Positions 52,365-64,000 of a stretch of DNA of 64,000 bases are shown here, one piece after another. The notes beneath the pieces were generated by a model. The model saw only the letters and a program-made list of their open reading frames with translations, made no database searches and was not told the origin of the DNA. The stretch lies in NCBI RefSeq assembly GCF_036321535.1, contig NC_087436.1:37884001-37948000 (forward strand), in the 5' to 3' direction. Both the position numbers and the translations under genes were made by a program. The stretch comes from Camelus dromedarius (Eukaryota). Each line of letters opens with the position of its first letter. The first letter of the stretch is position 1.

Positions 52365-55300
52365 TAAAGGGGGCTTCCTCTCCCCAGGCTGCAGAGATCT
52401 GTTTTTCATTCTCACTGTCAAGGAGAGAGCTTGCCTTTTCAGTGTATTTCACACAGATGTGGAGCTCTGGCAGTGGAACTTTTTTTCTTTCATTGAACGC
52501 TGTTTCTTTTTAAGTTGATTTCAGCAATATGTGTCATTTTTCCTATCTCTGCATTAATCATAACCAGAAACTTCAGCTAAGGTCTAGTTGTGCTTGGTAG
52601 CCAGGTACGTTAAGAATGAATGTTTTAAATAATAATTTCAATGTTTTAGCATGTGAAATTTCTGTTTTACTAGATACATTTTAAAACTATTAAGTGATGC
52701 CCTTCTGCCTTAATATTTCTACAATAAAATTCCACTAAAAAGATCCTTATATTTCTCCTATATTGGAGAAAATGACTGGCTACATTTTGACATGGGAATT
52801 GAACATATTTGGATTTGTAAAAGAGATACTATTTGAATTCCTTCTAATGACTAGCTAAACAATAAGACAAATAGAAAATTTGTCACTTAGATTTCATCTG
52901 CTTAGCACATGATAAATGTATTTGGTTTAGGGATTGAATCTATTGCACTAAAATGAACAGATGAGTATTGTCAGAGTTAATTTTTTACTTCCTCCATCTT
53001 TTCCTTAAAGGAGGCTGAGGTTCCTGGCATTCCTCATGTCCTTCTGTACCTGTGTTTTTCTCATGAGTTTACTTTTGTCCTTGGCTTCTGAGTGGAAATG
53101 TCTTTCTGGATATGAGGAAAGTGTATTTCTCTTCTCCTGATTTGTTTATTCTCACATTCAAGAGAAAAGGATCATTGGTAGTCAGCTTCTGTTTCTTTTA
53201 TTTGCTCATTGTCCAGAAAGTGTCTCCTTTAATGCTAGTTATAGAAGCTAGTGTGTGCATGACCACTGGCCCTAACTTTACATCGATTTGGGCTGCAAGC
53301 TGTACTTGAAATCTCAAGGTGGCAGACAGTACAGCCTTATGAAATACAGCTTCAGAATGGTGCCCGTCACTCAGGCTTTACAGTGTTCTGATTTCTTTCT
53401 TTTCGAAGAATATATGGCTGATTTATCAAAGATGGCATTTTTTTTTTTGAATTCTTTATAGTTGGGCCCTTCCTATGCGTGCAAAACTTTTCAGTAGACC
53501 TGTCTCTTCATAGTTTTTGTTTTTAAAAAGCTGTTATGTTTAAAACACTGTTCTTAATTTTCTCCATCTTTGTCTGCAATGTATTATAACAAATCTTTCA
53601 TGTCATTTTTAAAGTTAATTTTGCTGAACTAAGTAAAAAACCAGATGCACACTGACAGTCTGGAAACTTGCATTCTTGTTATTGGGCATGTGGTCCTCAG
53701 ACTGTGCTATAAGCATAATTTCTTTGAGGCTTCTTGTAACTGGTCATGGATATTAAAATATTACTGATTCTGAAAACTCATGGTGATTTTGGAGAAAATA
53801 ATTTATAAAAGGAAGTCTTTTTTTTTTATTTTTCTATGTTGTAGATCATATAAAATGTGAAACGTACTATATTTCAGCCAAAGGTCACCATGGCTGCTTT
53901 TTGCTGGGATTGGTACACAATGTGTCTCTCATTCACAGCCTCTCTCTTGCTTCTTCACTTTCCTCCGTGAACACCGCAGGCATTGAGGGAAAGAATATTC
54001 CATATTCAGAATAACAAAAAAGCAATGTTCACACATATGGCTGTAGAACCCTTTACTGTAGAGAGACAAAGGTATTCAAGGAAAGAGAAGATCTTGCAGC
54101 TTTTACTATTGACGATGACAAATGTTCCCTGTTAGGTGATACGAATTGAAGATGCTGAAAAGAGAGAAGCTGAATTTTAAAATATGGATCACTTTTTTCC
54201 ATAGAAACTGTAACATATGGTGGGTAGGTTCTCAGACCAGCTCCCAGAAGCATACCTAACCCACGTTATGCTGAAACTCACAACGCTTAAAAGACTATGT
54301 ATTCAGTACAGTTGTATTACTTTTTCATGCACCTCTTACCTTTCTAAGTAGTGTGTTCCTGACTATTTTTTAAAGCTGAATTTGAAAGTCAAATATCAGA
54401 CTTATCTGAATATAGTAAAACTAAAATGGTACGAAATCTAGTTGCAGCTCTGCAGGTGCTGTTGTCCTTGAGCCTAGGGAAGCTCACAGGGAGGTGACCT
54501 TCATGGCCACTCAAGAGGAAACCGTGAAGAGGGTGCCTTCCTTACCCCACCTTAACCGTCTTACCACCTTACCCATCTTTCTCTTTTGATTAGACTCTGC
54601 GGATGCTGATCAAGAGGTTTTGTATTTATGGGACATGACGTTTATCTGCATTCTCAGGCAAACAGTCATAAACTTTTCCCTTATTTCTGTTCAGAGGAGC
54701 TAGGATTCCAGTTCTAGGAGGAAGGATAGAAGACTTAAGGAGCAGAGATGGGGGGCTGGTGTGTTGCCTGTGACTCCAGCTGGAGGAGCGGGGGCAGGAG
54801 CATTGGGATACAGTCGAAGGGGTGGTTGTGGAAGTCACTTCTCTTCTCTCCCTCAAGCTCTGACCTGCCTGCTGGGAAGGAATAAAGTCTAGTCTCAAAG
54901 AGCAGCTGATATGAGGGATAAGCTAAGGCAGTAAAGGATTATGGATTGAAGGAGGGAAATCCCAGCTAGTGCGAGCTGGAAAAGAGGAAATAATCCTTCA
55001 GTGGCCCCTCGTATATAATAGATATATACAGAGAATTGATGACCAAATACATGCTGTTAGATATTCATTTTGCTTGGGAGAATTTTCCTCCTTTAATAGC
55101 CATATTACCTGTCAGTCACCAAGAAGATTTTTCTTGGCTGTTAATATTTAGCGTGCTAAAAATCGTGTATTATATGAAATAAGTATCTTGAGTAATAAGA
55201 TGAAAATTAGGATTTTCCTTTTTCTAAAAGTGTTTCTCTCTCATAAACATAGTCTCTTTTAATAAAATAAAATTATTTTGTAATTTCGTTTTTTACCGAT

Positions 55301-55832
55301 TCTGGATTTTTTCCAAGATAGTAGAGAAGCGGGGGAGTGGATGGGGTTGAGGTTGTGGCAGGAAAGCCATGGATTAGTCATTTTGGGGCCAGGTAATGGA
55401 TACATGGTGTTTCATTCTATTATTTGTTTACTTTTTGTATATTTGAAATCAATCAAAAGTTGAAGAAACATTCTGTGGTTATTTATGGTAATAATACATG
55501 ATACTGTTATTACATCACATTTTGAAAATTTTATTTTATTGAGTCTTTCTATAACCACTGTGAAGTTTGAAATATGAAATGATATACTATATATATAAAA
55601 TCACTATGGAAGAAGATAAAATTGGGCTTTATTTTGATTTGTATAATAATATGAATGTATTTAAATGTTAAAATGTAACCTCTTCTTTATCTGAATTTAA
55701 TGAATATATCTACAACACTAAAACTCTTGGAGTTATAAATTAAAAAGATGAAATACCTGTTTAGAAATTATATATCACCTAGAAACACTGTATCTGTTGC
55801 TCTTAATATGCTCATATAAATCATGATGGTAA

Positions 55833-55988
<156 letters not shown>

Positions 55989-56436
55989 TAGTGTCTGCCA
56001 TGAAAATTTTCAGTGGCTTTTTATATTGTAATGACAGGGCTTTGTCCTTACATTAACTACTAACATACACTAAAATGTAAGATTGATATGCAGAAAAGTA
56101 GACTCTTGCAAAAGAATATTTTGAATTGTTAATTGTTGTTTAGAATTAGTAGAAATATTTCTCCAATGCAGTATTGAGTCTCGCTGAGTCCTTCCTTACA
56201 ACACCTGATACTGGTTTCAAGCTTTGTCAGTTGCTCTTTGCTCAGGAAATACTATATATTTGAGGAAACCGTATATTTTTGTGTATTTATAGTGTGTTCT
56301 GCTTTGACATTTAGCTATTAAAATGGGTGCATATTAGAGTTAAGTTTGGCAAAACAAAGACAAGAGCTCTGTTATTTTAAAGAGCTAAAAATAATGTACA
56401 AGTATGTCGAAGTTTTACTAGCAGAAACAGTTGATA

Positions 56437-56666
56437 CAGTTGATCCTTGAACAGCACAGGTTTGGATGGGTCAGGTCCACTGGTAGCAGATTTTTGTCAG
56501 TGAATATATAGTGCAGTACTGTATGATCAGGGCTTGGTTAAAGGCACAGATGTGGAGGGTCCTCTGTAAAGTTATATGGTTTTTTGACTGCAGGAGATGG
56601 GAGGGTAGGAGTTGGGGAAGAGGTGGGTCCAACCCCTGAATCACCACATTATTCAAGGGTCAACTA
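56437..56666. mobile_element. Tc1/mariner-Tigger MITE (Tigger2/MER8-like)
   Basis: Terminal inverted repeats cagttgatccttgaa ... ttcaagggtcaacta flanked by TA on both sides (56435-36 and 56667-68). Confidence 0.85.
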
Positions 56667-57439
56667 TATTAGGAGAAAATAAATTTAATACATTTTTAAT
56701 AAGCATAAAACTTACTAAACTACTACTTTAATGTGAATGTTAACCTGAAAAATAAATGAGTCATTAACCCTGACAACATTAGCACTAGTTAATAGAGTTT
56801 ACAGTAGAACAGAATTAAAATAGAATTTAGATTTTTGTTCATATCATGGCAGAGTCCAAACAATTTATATCATATTATATTATATTATTATTATAACAAA
56901 GATATAAATGATTATTTCCTAATTTTATATGCTGCTTTTTCAGAATATCTAGAAGCATACATTTTCTTTTAGTCATTTAATACCCAAAATGAGAGGAGAC
57001 GGTACTAGTGAAAGTAAAATTTTACCTTGGGTGTGGTTTGTAAATAGAATTTTATCTCTTTATTTGTATGTAGATATATTCCAAAATAACTTGACAGACC
57101 TTAAAATTCGTATGATATTCAATGCAGTAGCCCCAGCCATGTGCTTTGGAAATAGCCTATGACATATAAGGTAGTTAAATTGCTAAGATGTCTGAGGCTA
57201 TAGCCTACATGTTGAGTGCTTTTGGTCCTTAGGGAGACATAATGGAACAAGCACTGGACAGAGGGTGAGCCCACTGGGTGTCATCATCTGTCACTAGCCC
57301 TCCATGTAACACTGTGCCTGTGTTCTCTCATTTTTAACATGTGACATTGAACTGGTTAGTGTTTTTTAAATTTCTTCTCTATGTGCCATGAAACTACTTT
57401 TTTTTTCAGTTTTCAAATGGTTGTTTTATCAGATTGTTT

Positions 57440-57540
57440 AAAAATATGGAACACTTCAATAATCTGCATGTAATTCTTGTTCAGAAGCCATGCTAATTTT
57501 TTCTGTATCATTCCAATTTATGTGCTGCTGAAGCAAGCAC
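57440..57540 (-). pseudogene. U6 snRNA processed pseudogene (near full length, degenerate)
   Basis: The reverse complement GTGCTTGCTTCAGCAGCACATAAATTGGAATGATACAGAAAAAATTAGCATGGC...TGAAGTGTTCCATATTTTT aligns end to end with U6. It shows CpG decay, a short deletion and ACAGAGA changed to ACAGAAA. A ~14-bp TSD flanks the insertion. Confidence 0.92.
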
Positions 57541-58034
57541 CGAAACGACTTTTTAAAGGAAATTTTGCCTAGAACCCCAATCCAGATGCTGCTGCTTCTA
57601 TGTCTCTTCCTCTCTTCCCATCACCCTCAAGGCTTCTGAAGCAGAACCGAGTCTGAGACAAAAAGATTAAATCCAATTGAATAGACATTTTCTAAATACC
57701 ATCTTACTTTTATAATTCTATAATTTATTTCCCTGATTTTAAGAAGTTGAAATTTAAGATATTTTACCAAATAGAATGCTTCAACAAAGTTGGCTGTGGG
57801 GCCTATTTCTGAAAAAATGTCTTCTTTTCCATTTATTTTCTTCATAATCTAAGAACTTTTCCTCCAAGGGCTATCTTGGGGGACTTCAGCCCTACCTGCT
57901 GGTAGCAGAATGCAGCACCCACGTGGTCTCTGTAGAACGTTAGTCGCTTACTAGCTCAGGCAGCACTTCCTCCATGACAGCATAGCTCCTCTGACGTAGC
58001 CTTTCTGACTCCACAGGCAGCTCCTACTGACTCC

Positions 58035-60048
58035 ATTTTCTTCTTATAATTATAGTATAGTCAGCTTACAATGTGGCAATTTCTGATGTACAGCATAATA
58101 GTTCAGTCATACATATACATATATATATTCATTTTCATATTCTTTTTCATTATAGGTTATTACAAGATACTGACTCTAGTTGCCTGTGCTATACAGAAAA
58201 AATCTGTTGTTTATCTATTTTGTATACAGTAGTTAGTATCTACACATCTCAAACTCCCAATTTATCCCTTCTTACTCCCTTTCCCCCCTGGTAACCATAA
58301 GTTTATTTTCTAAGTCTGTGACTCTGTTTTTGTTTTGTAAATAAGTTCATTTGTCTTTTTTTTCTTTTTGTAGATTACACATGTAAGTGATATCATATTG
58401 TATTTTTCTTTCTGGCTTACTTCACTTAGAATGACAATCTCCAGGTCCATCCATGTTGCTCCAAATGGCATTATTTTATTCTTTTTTATGACTGAGTAGT
58501 ATTTCATTGTATAAATATACCACAACTTCTTTATCCAGTCATCTGTCAAAGGGCATTTAGGTTGTTTCCATGTCTTGGCTATTGTAAATAGTGCTGCTAT
58601 GAACATGGGTGCATGAATCTTTTTGAATTAGCATTCCCTCTGGATATATGCCCAGGAGTGGGATTGCTGGATCATATGGTAAGTCTATTTTTAGTCTTTT
58701 GAGGAATCTCCATACTGTTTTCCATAGTGGCTGCACCAAACTGCATTCCCACCAGCAGTGTAGGAGGTTGTCCTTTTCTCCACAGCCTCTCTAGCAATTG
58801 TCGTTTGTAGACTTTTGAATGATGGCCATTCTGACTGGTGTGAGGTGATACTTCATTGTAGTTGTGATTTGCACTTCTCTGATAATTAGTGATATTGAGC
58901 ATTTTTTTCATGTGCCTATTGGCCATTTGTATGTCTTCATTGGAGAATTGCTTGTTTAGATCTTGTGCCCATTTTTGGATTGGGTTGTTTGTTTTTTCAT
59001 TATTAAATTGTATGAGATGTTTATATATTCTGGAAATTAAGTCCTTGTCGGTCTCATCTTTTGCAGATATTTTATCCTGTTCCATATGTTGTCTTTTTGT
59101 TTTGCTTATGGTGTCCTTTGCTGTGCAAAAGCTTATAAGTTTAATTAGGTCCCATTTGTTTATTTTTCCTTTTATTTCTGTTGCCTGGGTAGACTGCCCT
59201 AGAAGAACATTGCCAAGATTTATGTCAGGTCATGTTTTGCCTATGTTTGCTTCTAAGAGGTTTATAGTATCTTGTCTTATGTTTAAGTCTTTAAGCCATT
59301 TTGAGTTTATTTTTTTATATGGTGTGAGGGAGTGTTCTAACTTCATGGAGTTAAATGCTGCTGTCCAGTTTTCCCACCTCCACTTGCTGAAGAGACAGTC
59401 TTTACTCCATTGTATATTTTTGCCTCCCTTGTCAAAGATTAATTGACCAAAAGTCTGTGGGTTTATTTCTGGGCTCTCTGTTCTGTTCCCTTGATCTCTA
59501 TGTCTGTTTTTGTGCTAATACTGTGCTGTTTTGATTACTATGGCTCTGTAGTATTGTCTGAAGTCTGGGAGAGTTATTCTTCCAGCTTTGTTCTTTTTCT
59601 TCAGTGTCACTTTGGCAATTCTGGGTCTTTGGTGATTCCATATGAATTTTAGAATTCTTTGTTCTAGTTCTGTGAAAAGTGTCCTGGGTAATTTGATAGA
59701 CATTGCATTAATTCGGTAGATTGCTTTGGGTATTATGGCCATTTTAACAATATTAATTCTTCCAGTCTAAGAACATAGGCTATCTTTCCATTTCTTGAAG
59801 TCATCTTTAATTTCCTTAATCAATGTTTTGTAGTTCTCTGCATATGTCTTTCACTTCCTTGGTCAGGTTTATTCCTAAATATTTTGGATTTTTGGATGCA
59901 ATTTTAAAAGAGATTGCTTTTTTCTTTTCTGTTCTAATATTTCATTATTAGTGTAAAGAAATGCATATGATTTCTGTATGTTAATTTTGTATCCTGCTGC
60001 CTTATTTAATTCTTTTATCAGCTCTAATAGTTTTTGTGTGGAGCCTTT
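58035..60048 (-). mobile_element. LINE-1, 5'-truncated (ORF2 C-terminal part plus 3' UTR), frameshifted
   Basis: Minus-strand ORFs give L1 ORF2 peptides ([32 protein letters not shown]...[22 protein letters not shown]...[12 protein letters not shown]) in shifting frames; L1 3' UTR at about 58040-58310. Confidence 0.95.
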
Positions 60049-61422
60049 GATTCTGATCCTATAGTTGGGTTTGTCTAATGTCTAATAGAGTTTGGTTGTA
60101 GTATTTCATCTTGCCAGTAGATGGTGCTTTATGAATATACCAAATTTACAGTATAGTCTAGAATAGTATCTTACATTATTATGTGCTGTCCTATATTACA
60201 GTAAGATATATTATGATCCTTCTTGAAAATTATCTATTTTGAGACTTCAAATTGCAAGTCATTATCCTTCATGTCATTTTAGTAAACTGCACAGTTTACG
60301 AAATATGTTGTACTTAACATTAGGCATAATTAGTGTTATTTTCACTTTAAATATGATTGTTTTATTAAACTTTTTAAGGAGTTTTGAAAATAACTTTGGC
60401 TTGAATTTTCCACTATAAATAAAATAGTCAACACAAATGCTTTCAGGTACAGTAAATAATTTTGTAATTTTGAGAATATCAATTTGATCCAACCTTTAAA
60501 AATGTTTCATGATTTAAAAGCCAGGAGAGTTAAGTGAACAAATATGAGTATATTCTGCAGCATTTTATTTAACATCTGCCATTTTTATATGGATAAAGTC
60601 TTTAAAATTTTATACACTAATATAAATTTAACATTAAAAATGAAAGTACACTAAATATGTTTTCACTTATGTGTGTTGGAAGGCGTATCGTCTTTTTTGG
60701 TGTATCTTGTTAATGTAAAAGATATATATTACAGAAACAGAGTTTAAGAATACAAATCTGTTCTTACTGTCCTTTAAATAAGCCTTACACTTCATATCAT
60801 TGCTGTGAAGGTCTTTGATGATTGAAGATGTTGCTTTAAAATTTCTTAGGCTGAGAGTTTGCCTTCTGTACTGCATGGTACTTTCGTTCTGAGTGCTTGT
60901 GCAGCCCCGCACTGTTTTCTGAGGAACTGTAGAGCTCTCTCTGGATCCCAGATGTCCCCTGATCAAGATTAGATGCCACTGCATGTAAGCAGGGTATAAA
61001 TCAGATTCTAGTGCAATGACTTCTTTCTGCTCTATCTTTTTTTGTCTACTTTTCTCTGCTTTTTCCGGCTGAGTTTACTGACTCACCAAGAATCAGATTG
61101 ACAGAAGCAGCAGGCGGGTTGGCAGCCTCAGACCTGCCATGTGACCGGGCATAGAACTGAGGCCCCGGCTGCAGAGCAGGGGTCTGTTAGCCTTGTTGCA
61201 GCTTCTGTTTCCCTGGCTGTGCCCTCTTTTCACTGTCCCCGCCTTGAGTTCTTCCATGGTCACTGAGATCAGGGGAGCCATTTACCAGTCCTCCTCTCTT
61301 TACTCACTGAATTATAATCTGTAGTTTGGGTATTGCAGTAGCAACTATCCACATGTTTGTTCTTTTACTCACTGCTGTACCAGTTCAGGGTCTTCTGCTT
61401 TGACTTTGATGCTGAAGTGGCC

Positions 61423-61445
61423 TTAATTAATTAATTAATTAATTA
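61423..61445. repeat. (TTAA)n palindromic microsatellite
   Basis: ttaattaattaattaattaatta read directly. Confidence 0.92.
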
Positions 61446-62360
61446 CATAGTATCTTGGCTTCCTGCAGAAGGGCCTTTGCTTGTCTGAAGTTTAGTTTTG
61501 TGAGCTCTGCCTTTAATGAGGTTAGAACAAAAACATGACCTCACCAAACCATTTCTGAATCTTCAGTAAAACAGTGTGATGCTCTTGTTCACTGGGATGA
61601 TCAACAGTTCTAATATGACTCTCTGGCAGTCTATTCCTCTTAGAGCTTTGTACATTGTTTCTGATAATAAACTAAGCACCTGCTTTTAGTATTGCCTATC
61701 TGATTTCTCTGATTTAGAGTCTTGGAGGGAAAGAACTAAATTGAATATTCAATTGTAATATTTCTTTAGCCAGTTGTTTGCTGAAGTTATGCTCTGCTCC
61801 CTTATTTTTTTTAAATAAAACTTATAAAACTAATAAAACTTACAGTATTTTTTATTGTGGTCCTCCTATTATGTGAGAGTTTTGCTGTGAACTAAATACT
61901 TTTCAAAATCATATACCTTCTTGTCTTTCATGGTAATTAATGTTTTGTTCTATAATACATATATTTAAGTTTGAAGTAGCATTGACTACTATAAAGGAAT
62001 TTTTTTAACATCAAGTTACGTATTTCCAAGTCAAAATTTGTGCATAGTAGAGACAATATATACTGGGTATAATTTTTTACAGAGTTTAAATTCATTATGC
62101 ACTGAATAGATCAGCTGTATTACATATTTAAATAGTGTGCAATCTTATAGTTTCTTTCAGTGATATGATTCTACTAGGTAACTCATGATCATCGCATCTT
62201 CAATTTACATAGGATACTATGAACAAAACTTAGGGCTGAATTATGACCTATAGTTTGGGTATTACAATAGCAACTGTCCAAATGTTTGTTCTTTTGCTTG
62301 AGCTCTGTACATTTTTTTGGCTTTTACAGTTGACTTAACTGTCAATTTACCCTTTTGCAG

Positions 62361-62445
62361 ATTCATGAGATATTTGATTGTCAAGAATGTATGAAGAAAT
62401 TCATTTCAGCTAATCAGCTAAAACGTCATATGATTACCCACTCAG
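62361..62445 (+). CDS. PRDM5: PRDM5 exon 9 ([28 protein letters not shown])
   Basis: Acceptor ttttgcag|ATT, donor TCAG|gtaaaa; 85 nt, phase 0-1; complete C2H2 finger. Confidence 0.96.
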
Positions 62446-62519
62446 GTAAAAATACCTATTTTTCCATTTATGTTGAAATCACATTGTCATTTCAGAAGCT
62501 CTTAGAGTGGTAATCAGTA

Positions 62520-62812
62520 GACTGGTTAATAATTCTAGCTTGGCCATTGACTGGCCACGTGATAGTCAGCAAGTTACTTAACCTTTCTAGACCTCAGGTT
62601 ATTTCTGATGCAAAAGTGATGGGACTAAATGAAACTGAAGATCTTCAAATTCACCGTTTAATTTGTTACCTACTCCTCTTTGAGCCTCAGTTTCTGTATA
62701 CTTCATCTGTGAAAAGATATCCTGCCTTTCAAAATTGCTGCGATGATTAAATGAGGTCATTTACATAGCATGCGAGCAGAGTGTCTGACATTTAGGAGGG
62801 ATTCAGCAATTA
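62520..62812 (+). mobile_element. MIR fragments
   Basis: gcaagttacttaacctttctagacctcag and ctttgagcctcagtttc...catctgtgaaa...gattaaatgag cores. Confidence 0.65.
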
Positions 62813-63637
62813 CAGTTACAGTTCTGCTATTTCTAGATACTTTCACATTCTAACTAAGCTACTAATAAATGTTAGTGAGAAATTTATAAATACATTTTGA
62901 GAATATAAGTTTTTAAAGCCATAGTTTGATTTTAAGCAAGTTTGAATAATAGGTCTGCTATACATACTTTAAAAAATTCAGCTCTGAAAATAACTCTTGC
63001 TTTATGAGGTCTCTTTACAGAATTTAGAATGTCTATAACTTGAGGCTGTTGAAGTCAGAATGTTTCTGAATGGCTACTTCATTTGGAGGCAGGTAGAGAT
63101 ATTCTGGTAAATGAAAAGAAAAGATTGAAAACTGGTAGCCTTCAGATACGCTTTATTTGAAACATCTTGTTGTCAACATTACATGAATATTGCATAACTG
63201 TGGATTTTGCACAGCCACCCAAGTGTCTAGTTTCTGCTGAGGACCGGAAGCTCAGCCTGGGTGTGGTCCACTGGCCGGGCAGGGGGCAGGCCTGTCCTTC
63301 ACCTCCACCGCTGTTAGGTCGCTCACCCTTAGCATTCAGAGGTGTGGCCCTGACTTAAACTCACACTGATCAGCAGATTTTTCATCTGGGATTAAGAGTT
63401 CTTCCTTGAATTTAAACTTCATCTTTATGTCTAAGCTACTTTATATATTTAGTTTGCAAAGTAGGTGAATAAAGAAAAGCTCATGCTTCTCTGGTGAAGA
63501 GGCTTACACGTCTAAGGGGTGGATTGGGTAGTAGTTTTTTTCAGTTGTTTCGATCATGTTTTAGTTGACTTATCCATAAGAAGTAATACAAGGTAAGGCT
63601 GTTTCCCTTTTTATCCTTTGCCTTTATATAGATATGA

Positions 63638-63832
<195 letters not shown>

Positions 63833-64000
63833 TAATATTGTTATATACATATATATATTGCTGATTTGCTGATGTAATTACCAGCTGCTTATCCTTTAAA
63901 GAAGTTTTCGTATATCTGAGGCATGCTGTACATGTGAAATAATTGGAGAAGATCTTACTTCTGCTTTCTGGTCACTCACTCAGCCCATAACCCCTGGGGC

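Noticed and set aside
57440..57540. Functional U6 snRNA gene
   Set aside because: The ACAGAGA box is mutated, there is an internal deletion and CpG decay, TSDs are present, and I see no evident PSE/TATA promoter.
58889..59446. 185-aa + strand ORF, the longest in the track
   Set aside because: It is the antisense reading of L1 ORF2, a common spurious ORF.

Overview
This is mammalian genomic DNA from inside PRDM5 (PR/SET domain zinc finger protein 5) on the + strand. Nine coding exons with canonical GT-AG boundaries join into one open frame. By comparison with human PRDM5 as I recall it they are exons 2-10. They encode most of the PR domain, an acidic linker and the first seven complete zinc fingers plus most of an eighth. 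Exon 1 and the 3' exons lie outside the window. About 98% of the window is intron, with L1, L2, CR1/L3, MIR, MLT/MER LTRs and DNA-transposon relics. A tRNA-Ala-derived SINE and artiodactyl-like L1 3' ends suggest a camelid; I saw no Alu, B1/B2, BovA or PRE-1 elements. Most listed ORFs are chance ORFs or L1 ORF2 debris. I found no evidence of a new biological system. The most interesting details are a symmetric cassette exon that switches zinc-finger ligand type, a TSD-flanked local templated insertion, a U6 retrocopy with an extra 3' segment, a tail-less L1 fragment with TSDs, and a hAT/Charlie transposase fossil. Repeat family names and boundaries were assigned by eye and are approximate.
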